Assembly: GCF_018977255.1 (NCBI RefSeq)
Contig: NW_024704801.1
Location: 124,001 to 188,000, forward strand
Reading direction: 5' to 3'
Length of the DNA: 64,000 nt
Origin: Callorhinchus milii
Taxonomy: Eukaryota
In this document: positions 25,996 through 39,264 of the stretch, one piece after another
How the letters are laid out: each line of letters opens with the position of its first letter
Position numbering within the stretch: the first letter of the stretch is position 1
The notes under the pieces: model-generated
Told to the model about the DNA's origin: nothing
The model's database searches: none
Seen by the model: only the letters and a program-made list of their open reading frames with translations
Program-made: the position numbers and the translations under genes

Positions 25996-28900
25996 TACCT
26001 GGATGGCGATGGGGATGAGGGGGGAGGATGGAGGCTGGTACAGGAGACAGATGGGAGCCGCTAGGAATTGCTGTTTCCCCTGAATCACGTTGGCAGGAAC
26101 TCCCTCCAGCAACTCGTAATCCACCAGGAAAATATTCCCCTTCTGTAACCAAACCACACAGTCAGTCACACCCTCTCCCTCCCCCCCTCCCCTCTACACA
26201 CTCCTCCACACTCCCAGGTCAGGGTTAGAGACACAGTAACGCTCCTCTACACTGTGTGTCCACACTCCCAGGTCAGGGTTAGAGACACAGTAACGCTCCC
26301 TCTACACTGTGTGTCCACACTCCCGGGTGAGGGTTAGAAACTGATCCCGTGTGCGCGTGTGTCGTGGTGAGTTACACACAGGGACAGACCTTTATCTCCT
26401 GCTGCAGTGTGGTTCCTGGCAGTAAATCGCGGACCATTTCGTCAGTTACAGGGAATTTTTTCGGGATCTCCCAACATTTCTGGATCATGCAGGGATTACA
26501 TCCATTCAGGAACTGGTAGGCAAAAAAACAGTCGTCTTGCCAGTTTTCCCTGACGAACACTGGGGGAGAGAGTGAGGAAGAGCCGGGGAGAGCAGGGGTG
26601 GGGGAGAGAGCGGGGGGGGGAGAGCGGGGGTGGGGGAGAGAGCGGGGGGAGAGCGGGGGTGGGGGAGAGAGCAGGGAGAGAGGGTGGGGGAAAAATAATT
26701 TAATTTAAGGAATATTGTCATATAATAATCCTTGCATTTGCTATAGCTCCTAATCACATGTTGTTATCACGTCTTCGAGACGTCTCAAAGCGCTTCACAA
26801 AATATACTGTAAAGTGTAGTGACTATGTGTTTCATGGGTGAAACAAGACAGCCAATTGCGCATAGCGACGTCCCATAGTCTATGCCCTGTTCAGGTGGAG
26901 TTTAAAGGTTTCATGTGGTGTTGTCGGGAAACGAGGGCATGTGGAGTAAGGAAACGTGCCTAAGGTTTCACCCTGACCTGCCCGGGAATCAAACCTGGGT
27001 CCTCTGGCTTGCGCAGTGAGCACTTGAACCACTACACTAGATGGGATGGGAAGAGTTGGAATGGGATGGGTTGGAATGGCATGGGATGGGGTGGGATGGC
27101 ATGAGATGGGTTGGGATCCTGACTGTGCCCTCACCTCCAATGGGACTCTTCACTCTCCAGAAAATGCGCTCGAAATCCTGCAGACTGTCCCAGGAGGCAT
27201 CCATCTTTACCACCAGCTTCTTCAGGTACAATTCCCCCAGCCTGCAGGGGTTGGGAGAGGGGGAAGAGGGGGTTAGCTCTCACACTGTGGGGTGGGGTGG
27301 GGGGGAGGGGGTTTGGCAGGGGTCGGTATACTCACACTCTGTCTAGAGAAGCCTAAAAGTCGGGGTGATGGGGAGGACGGGGAGTGTGCGTGTGGGTGGG
27401 GGAGATGTGTGTGGAGTGGACGTGTGGGGGGGAGGGGTTAGCGAGGGGGTTGGGGGGCTCTGATTCTCACGCTCTGTGTAGAGAGGTCTCAAAGTCGTGC
27501 TCCTTGGCCTGGTCAAACTTGACGTCCAGAGGCAGGTCATCCTCAGTGTCCGCGTCAATGCACTTAGGAGTGGAGTAATTCCACAGTCTCCACCTGCCAG
27601 GGACACAGTGTCAGTGTGTGTATGGGTGTGTGTGATACTGTGTTAGCGTGTGTGTGTGATACTGTGTTTGCGTGTGTGTGTGTGTGATACTGTGTGTGTG
27701 TGATACTGTTAGTGTGTGTGATACTGTATTAGTGTGTGTGTGTGTGATACTGTGTTAGTGTGTGTGTGTGTGATACTGTGTTGGTGTGTGTGTGTGATAC
27801 TGGGTTAGTGTGTGTGTGATATGGTGTTAGCGTGTGTGTGCGTGTGTGTGTGTAAGTACGTGTATGTTACCTGTACAGTGACTGTCTCTCCTGTAACTCT
27901 TCCCTCCGATGGTTTAGAAGTACAGGCAACCGCTCGTCACACAGCCTCACTGCTGTGAAAACACAGAAAACAGGGACAGACGTCAAATATCTGGGGTTGG
28001 GGTGAAGAGCGGGGTGGGGGTTGGGGTTAGAGGTTGGGGGGTGGTTGGGGTTGGGGAGGTTGGGGTTAGAGGTTGGGGGGTGTGGTTGGGGTTAGAGGTT
28101 GAAGGCGTGGTTGGGGTTAGAGGTTGGGGTTGGAGGAGGTTAGGGGAAGGGGTTGGGGTTGGCGGTTGGGTTGGGGGTTTGGGGTTAGAGGTTGGGGGGT
28201 GGTTGGAGTTGGGGTGGGGGTTAGAGGTTGGGGTGATGGTTGGGGTTGGGGGTTTGGGGTTAGAGGTTGGGGGGATGGCTGGGTTGGCGGTTTGGGATTA
28301 GAGGTTGGGTTGGGATTGGGGTTAGACGTTATGGGGGGTGGTTGGGTTGGGGGTTGAGGTTAGAGGTTGGGGGGGTGGTTGGGGTTGGGGGTTAGAGGTT
28401 GGGGGAGTGGTTGGGGTTAGAGGTTGGGGGGGTGGTTGGGGTTGGGGGTTGGGGTTTGGGGGGTGGTTGGGGATTGTGGGGGTGGTTGGGGTTGGGTTGG
28501 GGGTTTGGGGTTAGAGGTTGGGGGGGTGGTTGGGGTGGGGGTGGGGTTGGATTGCCCAGACTTACCCGGACCCTCTCTGATGTGGACCCTGGCCTCCTCG
28601 CTGAGCCAGCGGTAACAAGGGAAGTGCCGTGTGTCTCCCCCGGGGGTCGTTACCGTCACATACAGACAGAACCAGTCGTCCTCCAGCCCCAGAAACTTCT
28701 CCTTGTCCAACTTGACCAGCAGCACAGCCCCAAGGTCGACCTCGCTGCCCACCTCATACTCCCCGACCTACCAACAACTGCACACGTCAATAATACTCCA
28801 ACACACACCCTGACACACACCCTGACACAGAGAGAGAGAGAGTGAGTGAGAGAAAGAGGAGTGAGAGAGAGGAGAGAGAGAGAGGGTAATTGAGTGAGTT

Positions 28901-31900
28901 TTTGCTGCGGTGACTTGATCGTTGCTATTATAAACAAGTGAGGACAAGCCTCGACAGACACAGCCTTTGCAAGAAACCTGATGAGTTTGTAATATCAGCT
29001 TCGGGTAAAGAAAGGCCTTATTTCCCGCTGAACTCCTTGTTCCCCCATCACGGCTTCCAGCTGCGGTTTAAATCTTATCACGTCTTGAAGACGTGATAAG
29101 AGGCGTTATATCAAACGCAAGGGATTATTATTGTATCTCAAAGCGCTTCACAGGATATACTGTCAAGCGGAGTGACTCTGTGTTTTGTGGGAGGAACCCG
29201 GCAGCCAATCTCGCCCAGCGACGTCCCCACAAAGTCACGGATTGAGTGACCACATTATTATTACTATTTTATTTATTTGACAGGACAATTACCACGGGAA
29301 AAGCAATCCATTGTCGGCTGATTCAGGGTCCTACTTACTGCCAAATAAACAGTGTTGGTGTGTGTCTGTCTGTGTGTGGAGTCAGGAAACTTGAGTAAGG
29401 TTTCGCCCTGTCCTGACTGCCCGGGAATTGAATCCACATCTCTGTTGCTTGTCAGACGAGGGCTCTAATTACTGAGCTATAGGGAGTCTACTAAGTTCCC
29501 TCTGGATAAGGAAACACTTACCAGTGTCTGTCCTGTCCTGAAATTGTGCTTTACACCCTCTAAACCCGTGGCCTCTTGTTCTCCTGTCTCGATGCGCCCG
29601 AGAGTATTGATTCATTGCATTGATACTTTGACAATCCTGTTTAAAATATTACGCCACCTCTGTGAGGTCCTCCGAGACGTCGGCTCTCAGGCCAGGAACA
29701 AAGTGCTTTCGTAAGCAGTTAGAGGTAACCATTGGACGTGAAATGTTTTGAAATCTCCCTGTAATCTCCCCGATTTAACTCTAAAACGAGGCCCTCTTCA
29801 CTGACTCACTAACCCACCAGTGGAAATAATTTCTCCCCTATTAAACCTCACTCCCCGGCTGTGCCCGTTCAGGTGGACGTTAAGGATCTCCCGGGGCATT
29901 ATCGGGGGAAGAGAAGGGAGCTGTGCATAAGATTGGCTGGCGCGCTCGTCCGCGAAGCGCACAGTCACTACGCTTCACAGTGAATCGTCAGCCTGATAAG
30001 ATATCCAACGTGAGGATTGTTATTGTAATTCATGCTAAATTCCTGCCCGCAGGGCTGTAGAATGTTCTAGAAGATAGGAGCAAGAGAGCCTGCAGCAGAA
30101 TACGGACTGCGAGAGTCGGGCAGATATTCTCGGGCGTCCGTGGGAGAGAAAGCGGGAAATAGGAATTGAAAGGATTAGTTGATCAGCCATGAGCTAATTA
30201 AATGGCAGAACGTGAAGAGGGCGTCATTTTAGAGTTAAATTGGGGAGATTACAGGGAGGTTTCGAAACATTTCACGTCCAATGGTTACCTCTAACTGCTT
30301 ACGAAAGCACTTTGTTCCTGACCTGAGAACCGATGTCTCGGAGGACCTCACAGAGGTGGGTAATATTTTAAACAGGATTGAGTGAGTGAGTGAGTGAGTG
30401 AGTGTAAGTATGTGAGTGGGAGTGAGTGAATGTAAGTATGTGAGTGGGTGAGTGTAAGTATGTGAGTGGGAGTGAGTGAGTGAGTGTAAGTATGTGAGTG
30501 GGAGTGAGTGAGTGAGTGCGAGGGAGGGAGGGAGGGAGGGAGAGTGTCGTGTCCAGGCTGGTTGTGGGCTGGAATGTTTGCCAGGAGCAGAAACACAAGG
30601 TGCTTTCATTAAGCAGTTAGAGGTGTCCATCCCCTTCCCCAGAAACTCCACGTCTGTTTGTGTGTTTAACGGGAGCAACGGGAACATCAACAGCACTCCG
30701 TGTCTTCCCCTCAGCCCCAGGCCCTGGACATCACAGATTGGCCCCAAGTGGGTGGTTAAACTCAATGCTCCGGTGACTACAACCCTAATAATCCTGACAT
30801 TTGATACAGGGTTTCTTTACACTGTCGTCGAGACATCTCAAAGCCCTTCACAAGGACGCACTGTAAAGTGAAGTGTCTGTGCGTTTTGTGGGCGAAACGC
30901 GGTGCGGGAGAGGACACGAGCTGCAGGAGCTCTGGGTTATCTGTGGAGGGAAGTGTTGTGAAGCCCGGCTATCGAGGGCTAGCGGTCACTGGGCCATATT
31001 TAACCCTCACATTGACAACGCAGATAAACCATCGCTGCCGCAGGAAGGGAAGGGAAGGAAACTCGGATGGATGTTTCCCTCAGATAAACCCTTGTGTATG
31101 GCTCAATACCTTTCACCTCCGGGGGGGACGTCTCAAAGCGCTTCACATGACTCACTGTAAAGTGTAGTGACTGTGTGTGACCCGGCTGATTTGCCCAGCG
31201 ACATCCCCCCTGGAAGGGCAGACCGACCGGTCACTGGGGGCAGGGAATCCTCCCCCTCAGCTCCTGTTAACACCACAGCCAAAGCCCCAAATAACTAACG
31301 GGGAGAGTGGACAAGCAGCGGGAAAGCTGGCCATCAATTTCAAGCCGTGCGGTTTTAACAGGAAACAAAACACTTAGCAGCTCTTATTAGTGGAGTCCTG
31401 TAGCTCAGTGGTTAGAGCACTCACCTCGCGAGCGAGGAACTGGGTTCAATTCCTGATCAGTGCAAGACCTGAGGCAAGTTTCCTTACTCCACACACACGC
31501 GCACACACACACGCGCACACGCACACCCATGTTTACCCAGCAGTAAATAGGATCCTGGTTGTTACTATTGGTGGATCGCTTTCCTGGGGTTAATAATCCC
31601 TTCAAAAAAAAATTCAATAACTTGGTCACTCAATCACCCACGTCGGGTTTGTGGGGACATGGCCGGGTGCGATCGGCTGCCGCCTTTCGCCCACAAAGTG
31701 TACAGTCACTTCACTTTGCAGCATATCCCGTGAAGCGCTTTGAGACGTCTCAAAGACGTGATGAGGCGCCGGGTCAAATCATGGATTCTTTTAGCACAGG
31801 ATTATTATGAATAATCTCAGGGATTAGGTAAACAGGGTGTGTCTCTCTCTCTCTCCAGAGAGAGATAGGAGGCATTCCATTTCAGACACAGGAATTTCTC

Positions 31901-32062
31901 TCTGAAACTCACCGATCCTCTCTCCAAGTCGTTACAGAATGGCCGGTCCAGGTTGACCCTGCGACTCTCGCCCCTCTCGCCCACCAGCGTGATGTAAATG
32001 TAGTTGTTGGTTCCCGAATATTTTGAGGTCCCGGTGGCCACCGTTACTCTGTAATTGAACAT
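21061..32062 (-). CDS. ALOX12: Arachidonate lipoxygenase, ALOX12/ALOX15-type (PLAT + lipoxygenase domains), 14 exons
   Basis: Exons 32062-31913, 28767-28566, 27952-27871, 27593-27471, 27241-27135, 26559-26390, 26142-25999, 25872-25669, 24112-24026, 23326-23157, 22868-22747, 22451-22351, 21747-21577, 21240-21061, all with compatible phases. Motifs [72 protein letters not shown] on minus at 20679-20684. Family is certain; the symbol rests on synteny with RNASEK and is less certain. Confidence 0.88.
21750..22090. repeat. 24-bp minisatellite (GCGGGCATCAATACAGCACACAGC) in ALOX intron 12
   Basis: Direct inspection. Confidence 0.92.
23641..24014 (-). mobile_element. tRNA-derived SINE
   Basis: Full head-body-tail arrangement, tail-to-tail with a plus-strand copy at about 23385-23568. 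Confidence 0.85.
24362..25625 (-). mobile_element. CR1 LINE fragment in ALOX intron 8
   Basis: Degenerate [40 protein letters not shown], an (ATTCTATGTA)2 tail at 24362-24381, and an upstream ORF2 remnant. Confidence 0.88.
27992..28550. repeat. Telomere-like degenerate G-rich repeat (GGGGTT/GGGGTTAGAGGTT)
   Basis: Direct inspection; lies in ALOX intron 2. Confidence 0.85.
29120..29485 (-). mobile_element. tRNA-derived SINE
   Basis: Degenerate head at 29420-29485 and SINE body. Confidence 0.75.
29632..30380. repeat. Inverted repeat with ~170-bp arms (29632-29801 and 30212-30380)
   Basis: The arms are reverse complements with scattered mismatches. Confidence 0.9.
31392..31808 (+). mobile_element. 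tRNA-derived SINE with L2-like 3' tail, near full-length (more than 25 copies or fragments in the window)
   Basis: Head GGAGTCCTGTAGCTCAGTGGTTAGAGCACTC..GGGTTCAATTCC (A/B boxes), CA tract, conserved body, and tail GTGAAGCGCTTTGAGACGTCTC..GGATTATT. Confidence 0.9.
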
Positions 32063-33239
32063 GTTCCGAGCTACAGGAGCTGCGTGTGCGTGTGCTTGTC
32101 TGTGTGTCGCTCTGTGTCTGTGTGTCTCTCACTGTGTCTCTGTGTATCTGACTCTATCTCTGTTTCTCTCACTGTGTCTCTGTGTGTGTGTGTCTCTGTG
32201 TCTCTAACTCTCTCTGTGTCTCTAACTCTGTGTGTGTGTCTCACTTTGTATGTATGTGTATATATCTCTCTTCACTCTCTTGCTCTCTGTCTCCTTTTGT
32301 GTGTGTGTGTGTTTCTCTCTCTCACGGTGTCTCTCTCTCTCACGGTGTCTCTCTCTCTCACGGTGTCTCTCTCTCACGGTGTCTCTCTCTCACGTTGTCT
32401 CTCTCTTTCTCTCTGTCTCTTCTCCCAGCGTGTTCTCGCTATTACTCTGCGTGTACCTCTCTGTTCTCCGCGTCTCTGGCAGCGCGTGTGTGTGCGTGTG
32501 CGCGTCTCTCTCTATCGCTCGCTCCCTCTCTCTCTGGGCTGTGCACAGCTAGTAATGTAGTAATCTTAGGCAGAGAGGGGTGTGTTCTGTGACTGCAGAA
32601 TCTGGGAGGCGTTTCACCAAATTGCCCACGGTGTGGTTAGTCTGCAGACTGTTTACCCTGGGAGGCAACTAGTCACAAACTAACACAGTACAAAAGTACA
32701 AAAGAAAGCACCATTTACACAGCGGTTTCCACGTCCCGAGGCGCTGGACAGTCAGGGATTTGGACCAGAGCTGGGGATTGGTGTCGGGGTGGTGGGGGGG
32801 TGGTGTGTGGAGGTCAGGGAGGGTGACCGAAGGTGCGGTTGGTCGAAGAGGAGGGCCTTCAAGGAGGCGAGGGAGCGGGCGAGGTGGAAGGGCCGTGGGA
32901 TGGAGTTCCAGAGGGTGGGGGCAGAGAGGATGAAAGACGGACTGTTGATGATGGGGTGGGGTGTGCAGCAGCCAGAGCCCCACGGAGCGGAGGCAGCAGA
33001 CAGGTTGATGAGGGGTTAGCAGGTCACAGAGGTAGGAAGGAGGTATGTGATGCCACTCACACACACATAAACTCACACATACACTCACACAGAGACACGC
33101 ACACATACTGATACACACACAAAGACACACACACATACACACTCACACACACACTCAGAGACATTCACACAGACACACATACTCCCACAGAGACACCCAT
33201 ACACTCGCACACACAGTCACACATACACTCGCTCAGTCA

Positions 33240-33987
33240 AGCACACACACAGACACACACGGGCACTCACACACAGACCCACACAGGCACTCACACACAG
33301 ACCCACACAGGCACTCACACACAGACCCACACAGGCATTCACACACAGACCCACACAGGCACTCACACACAGACACACACGGGCACTCACACACAGACCC
33401 ACACAGGCACTCGCACACAGACCCACACAGGCACTCACACACAGACACACGCAGGCACTCGCACACAGGCACTCGCACACAGACCCACACAGGCACTCGC
33501 ACACAGACCCACACAGGCACTCGCACACAGACCCACACAGGCACTCACACACAGACCCACGCAGGCACTCGCACACAGACCCACACAGGCACTCGCACAC
33601 AGACCCACACAGGCACTCGCACACAGACCCACACAGGCACTCGCATACAGACCCACACAGGCACTCGCACACAGACCCACACAGGCACTCGCACACAGAC
33701 CCACACAGGCACTCGCACACAGACCCACACAGGCACTCACACACAGACCCACACAGGCACTCACACACAGACCCACGCAGGCACTCGCACACAGGCACTC
33801 GCACACAGACCCACACAGGCACTCGCACACAGACCCACACAGGCACTCGCACCACAGACCCACACAGGCACTCGCATACAGACCCACACAGGCACTCGCA
33901 CACAGACCCACACAGGCACTCGCACACAGACCCACACAGGCACTCGCACACAGACCCACACAGGCACTCGCATACAGACCCACACAG
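33240..33987. repeat. 24-bp minisatellite (ACACAGACCCACACAGGCACTCGC)
   Basis: Direct inspection. Confidence 0.93.
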
Positions 33988-34817
33988 CTGTAAAACAATT
34001 GGCAATTTAATTCTAGTAATCTCTGACGAACACAGAATCTGTTACAGTCACAACAATAATAATCCTGGCATTGGACACAGCGCCTTCTCACATCTTCGAG
34101 ACGTCTCAAAGCGCTTTACAGAAGATACTGTGAAGTGAATTGACTGTATATTTTGTGGGTGAAACCCGGCAGCCAATTGCGCACAGCAGTGTCCCCGCAA
34201 ACAGCCGCGGGTTGTTATCATTTTGTTTCAACATTTTTTTTGAGGGGTTTATTACTCCCGGAAAAGCGATCTCCCAATCAACAAACAGCCAGATTCCTGC
34301 TCACTGCTGGTAAACAGAGTGTGTGTTTGTGTGTGTGTGGAGTAAGGAAACTTGCCCAACGTGCGTGTGGTGTATATTAGGTGTGTATATGGAGTGTGTA
34401 CACAATACAAATGACATGTACGCAGTATTATATGATGAGGACGTGTACACAGTATTATATGATGAGGAGCTGGGCGCTGGGAGACCACACTGAATGTATA
34501 TGAGGTTTATAGAGAGTGTGTGTACGTACAGTATATGAGGTGTGTACACAGCATTCTATGGAGTGTGTACACAGTATTATATGGATTGTGTACACAGTAT
34601 CATATGGAGTGTGTACACAGTATTATATGAATTATGTACAGAGTATCATATGGAGTGTGTACACAGTATTATATGATGAGCTGGGCACTGGGAGGAGAGA
34701 TTAACACTGTATGTATATGAGGTTTATATACAGTGTGTGTAGTACCGTGTATATGAGGTGTGTACACAGCATCATATGGAGTGTGTACACAGTATCATAT
34801 GGAGTGTGTACACAGTA

Positions 34818-37800
34818 TTACATGATGAGGAGCTGGGCGCTGGTGGGGAGACCACAGGCTTCTTTATGTTGGTTGAAGAGCTCAGTAACAGCCGCCACAT
34901 ACAGACTGTGATAGTGGTCAACATCAGCCTGACTGGGGCAGTGGGTCTGTGTCACAGGGATAGGAGCTCCCACTGAGAGAGAGAGAGACAGAGAGAGAGG
35001 GTGAGACACAGCCACAGAGAGTGAGACACAGCCACAGAGAGTGAGACACAGCCACAGAGAGTGAGACACAGCCACAGAGAGTGAGACACAGCCACAGAGA
35101 GTGAGACACAGCCAGAGAGAGAGTCAGACACAGCCAGAGAGAGTGAGACACAGCCACAGAGAGAGTGAGACACAGCCAGAGAGAGTGAGACACAGCCACA
35201 GAGAGTGAGACACAGCCAGAGTGAGAGTCAGACACAGCCAGAGAGAGTGAGACACAGCCACAGAGAGAGTGAGACACAGCCACAGAGAGTGACACAGCCA
35301 CAAAGAGAGAGTGAGACACAGCCACAGAGAGAGAGAGTGTGACACAGAGTGTGTGAGAGAGACAGAGACCGAGAGACACAGACACACACACACACACACA
35401 CACAGACGTACCGAAGGTGGTGAGGGGCTGGGGGTTGGGCAGGAGACCCCAGCCTCGGGTGAAGAGACCCTGGCCACGGATCAGACACGGAGCGAAGCCG
35501 ATCAACTGCTGGAAGCCTTTCTGTAGCCACTGAGCCCACCCGCCATCAGCCAGGACCACCTGCTCATACAGGGAATTCTCCCCAAAACAGTACACAGGCA
35601 CCAGGTCAGCTCTGGGGGGAGAAAGAGACAGAGAGAGTGTGAGAGAGACAGAGAGAGAGAGTGAGAGAGACACAGAAAGAGTAAGAGAGAGTGTGTGGGG
35701 GAAGCCAGAGCGGGTCAGAGCACGGATGTGGGGAGGACAGTTGAGGGTCGAACAAGACACCCAGGTTCCTGACCGGCCGGTGAGGTGGGGTGTGAATCTG
35801 GGGAAGGTGATGCTGTCAGAGCCTGAGGTGCGGAGGCGCTGACGGGATCCATCAGGAGAGCCTCGGTCTTGCCAACCGCGCCCAGCGACGTCCCCACAAA
35901 CAGTCGTGGATTCAGTGACCAAATTATTATTTTTTTTTTGAAGGGATTATTACCCCCGGAAAGTGATCCCCCAATCGACTTGACAAGCGGGTTCCTACTG
36001 ACTGCCGGGGACACAGGCGTCTGTGTTTCTGTGTGTCTGTGTGTGTGTCTGTCTGTCTGTGTGTATGTCTGTGTCTATCTGAGTCTGTCTGTGTGTGTCT
36101 GTGTCTATCTGTGTGTGTCTATCTGAGTCTGTGTGTGTCTGTCTGTGTGTGTACAGTAAGGAAACTTGCCTTAGGTTTCGCCCCAACCTGACCCACTTGT
36201 GTAGTGACTGTGAGGTGTAGTGACTGTACGGGGGGCTTACCCATGTTCGAGGGCCAGCCTGACAAAGCCCTTGCGGTGTTTAAGGATGATGGCGTGGACT
36301 CCAGTCCTGGTCAGCGCCTCAGCCGCCCCCCCCACCACGATCACCACGGCATTGCCCACCCCACTCCGAGCCAAGAGGTGAGTCACACTGCGCTTATTGA
36401 CAGAGCAAACCCCTGCCGGGAAACTGGCTGTCAGCCTGTCACACCCACACACACCCGCGCCCAGTGTTTCCCGGCATTCCCAGTGTTTCCCAGTGTGTAC
36501 GGCATTCCCAGTGTTTCCCAGTGTGTACGGCATTCCCAGTGTTTCCCAGTGTGTACGGCATTCCCAGTGTTTCCCAGTGTGTACGGCATTCCCAGTGTTT
36601 CCCAGTGTGTACGGCATTCCCAGTGTTTCCCAGTGTGTACGGCATTCCCAGTGTTTCCCAGTGTGTACGGCATTCCCAGTGTTTCCCAGTGTTTTCTGGC
36701 ATTCCCGCACTGTCTCACCGACACTCATGACGTATTCCCGGAACAGCGGCAGGCGGAAGAGTCCCTGCAGCACGACCAGGCGGGGAGTGATTCCCGGGAA
36801 AAGCCGTGAGAAGCCGGTGGCCTCGGTGCCGAAGTTACAGAAGGCTCCAGTGGCCAGAATCCCGTGAGGGTGGTATCCCAGCACGTAATTCCTGTCCCTC
36901 GGCAACTCCGCCGTCTTCACCAGCTGCCAACAACAACAACAACAACAACAACGTCAACAACAGTCATATTTAACAGTCCCACCTTTCATGTTGGAGGATG
37001 TCCTGAGGGCAGTGGAGACCCACAGAGCGATCAGTGATAACTCCCTCTCTGTAAACAGCCGCTGACATCGCACACACTCACACTCTCACACGCACACTCA
37101 TACACACAAAGTCTCACGCACACTCACACACACACACTCTCACGCACACTCACACTCTCACAAANNNNNNNNNNNNNNNNNNNNNNNNNNNNNNNNNNNN
37201 NNNNNNNNNNNNNNNNNNNNNNNNNNNNNNNNNNNNNNNNNNNNNNNNNNNNNNNNNNNNNNNNNNNNNNNNNNNNNNNNNNNNNNNNNNNNNNNNNNNN
37301 NNNNNNNNNNNNNNNNNNNNNNNNNNNNNNNNNNNNNNNNNNNNNNNNNACGCACCGTAATGGGGAAATAATCTCTCAGAAATTCCCATGTTCGCCATCT
37401 CCTCACCCAGTCTGACTTCCTTCCACCTGTAACACACACACACACACACACAGAGTTACGTGTGTGTGTCTGTCAATGTGTGTATATGTCTGTCGATGTG
37501 TGTGCGGGCGTGTGACGCTGAGTTGGTTGACGAGCGAGTGCACAGTCACTACACCTGGTGTTGGTGTGGAACATACCTCTCTCTGGGGTTCTCCAGTCAA
37601 ACACCATCCAGACTCCATACAGTGCAGTCAGAGGCCAGAGCGGTGTGAGCAACAGGTACAGTGTTAGCAGCGTACACAGCGGGCCTGAGGGGAAACACAG
37701 TCACTTACTCCCTGACCGACACATGGTCACTCACTCCCTGACCAACACGGTCACTCACTCCCTGACCAATACAGTCACTCACTCCCTGACCAACACAGTC

Positions 37801-38486
37801 ACTCACTCCCTGACCAACACAGTCACTCACTCCCTGACCAACACACTCACTCCCTGACCAACACGGTCACACTTCCCTGTTCACCCCCCCAACACATCCC
37901 AGTCTCCCACACACTCTTTCCATCCACCTCCTCAGCCAACAACAACAACACACGATATTTACACGGTGACGGTCAGGTTAAGAGGAAGTCCCAAGGCTTT
38001 GGATGGTCAGTGAATTTGGACCCAAGCTGGGCTTGGGATCAGGAGGGGATGGAGGGCAGGGAGGGTGTGGATAGGTGGGTGGAGGACGGGGGTAGGAAGG
38101 TGGAGGGTGAGGGTAGGAGGGTGGAGGGCAGGGAGGGTGAGGGTGGAGGGCAGGGAGGGTGGAGGGCAGGGAGGGTGGAGGGCAGGGAGGGTGACCGAAG
38201 GCACAGTTGGTTGAAGAGGAAGGTCTGGAGACATGTCTTGAAGAAGGCGAGGGAGGGATGGAGGAAGATGATGATGATGAAGGAGATGAGTCCATCGGGG
38301 AGAGGGCTCTAACACAGGGCGGCAGGTCACAGGGCTCCCGGGGGGTGGGGAGGGGGAGTGTGATGGGCGTGTGCCTGATGGAGGGCGGGGAGACTGGAGA
38401 GAACAAGGACACTTGTACAGACCCAACACCAGGAAGGTTAACACGATTTGCAGCATATTCAGCCGCTTCAGCAACGAGGAGCTCAT
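34818..38486 (-). CDS. MOGAT3: Monoacylglycerol O-acyltransferase 3-like (DGAT2 family), 7 exons
   Basis: Exons 38486-38423, 37684-37577 (108 nt), 37426-37356 (71), 36923-36719 (205), 36412-36241 (172), 35611-35412 (200), 34972-34818 (155). YFP, HPHG and RKGFVRLAL motifs; [16 protein letters not shown] and C-terminal HKEACGLP resemble MOGAT3. The start exon is the least certain part. Confidence 0.82.
35000..35335. repeat. 20-bp minisatellite (GAGTGAGACACAGCCACAGA)
   Basis: Direct inspection. Confidence 0.9.
36460..36706. repeat. 28-bp minisatellite (CCCAGTGTTTCCCAGTGTGTACGGCATT)
   Basis: Direct inspection; fills MOGAT3 intron 4. Confidence 0.93.
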
Positions 38487-38819
38487 CCTGGCCAGGACTT
38501 CCTGAGGGGGAGAAATCCGGTTAATAACCGCAAGCAACCGGGCAGATCAACCGGGAAACCAGTCACCGCGACCAGCCGAGTGTCTGACACACGCACACAC
38601 ACACGGAAACCGGTCACCGCGACCAGCCGAGTGTCTGACACACACACACACACACAGAGTGCTGTCTGGCCAAGCTTTCCCGCTGCTTGTCCAGCTAGGA
38701 TCCCCCTCCCCGTTAGTTAATTAGTTAGTTAGGGCTTTGGCTGTGGGGTTAACAGGAGCTGAGGGAAATTTAACTTGAAATGCAGTACAGTAAACTCCTG
38801 ATAACTCTTTCAAGGGAAA

Positions 38820-39108
38820 ATAATAATAATCCTCGCATTCGATACAGCGCCTTATCACGTCTTTGAGACGTCTCAAAGCGCTTCACAGAATATACTGCAA
38901 AGTGGTTTGCACTGAGTATTTTGTGGGCGAAACACGGCAGACAATTGCGGCATCCCACAGTCGTGGATCGAGTGACCGCATTATTTTTGCGAGACAGAGG
39001 TGTGGGTGTGGGTGTGTGCGCGGAGGAAGGAAACTTGCATAATGTTTGGCTCACCCTCCCAGGAACTCTCGCTTTACGAGACGAGCTCTCTAACCACTGT
39101 GCTACAGG
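38820..39108 (-). mobile_element. tRNA-derived SINE
   Basis: Tail TAATAATAATCC, body, and head CTAACCACTGTGCTACAGGAC. Confidence 0.8.
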
Positions 39109-39264
39109 ACACCGCGAGCGAAACAGGCTGAGTGACCAGTTATCAGGAGCGGCGAGTGTATAAATATGTCAATAAATGCAGTCGGGACATTGACACCGAC
39201 ACAAGTTAAGGCAGTGTTGAGTTTCCTGTAGAAGGTTCTAATCTATCGCAATCTATACCACAAT

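Noticed and set aside
31392-31465. tRNA-like sequences (also near 7625-7693, 16290-16359, 23945-24014, 46020-46085)
   Set aside because: They are SINE heads continuing into SINE bodies; no complete cloverleaf with an acceptor stem.
33217-34109. Cys-rich (CGSVCECL)n ORFs resembling metallothionein or keratin-associated proteins
   Set aside because: Pure 24-bp CA-rich minisatellite open in several frames, with no splice or promoter support.
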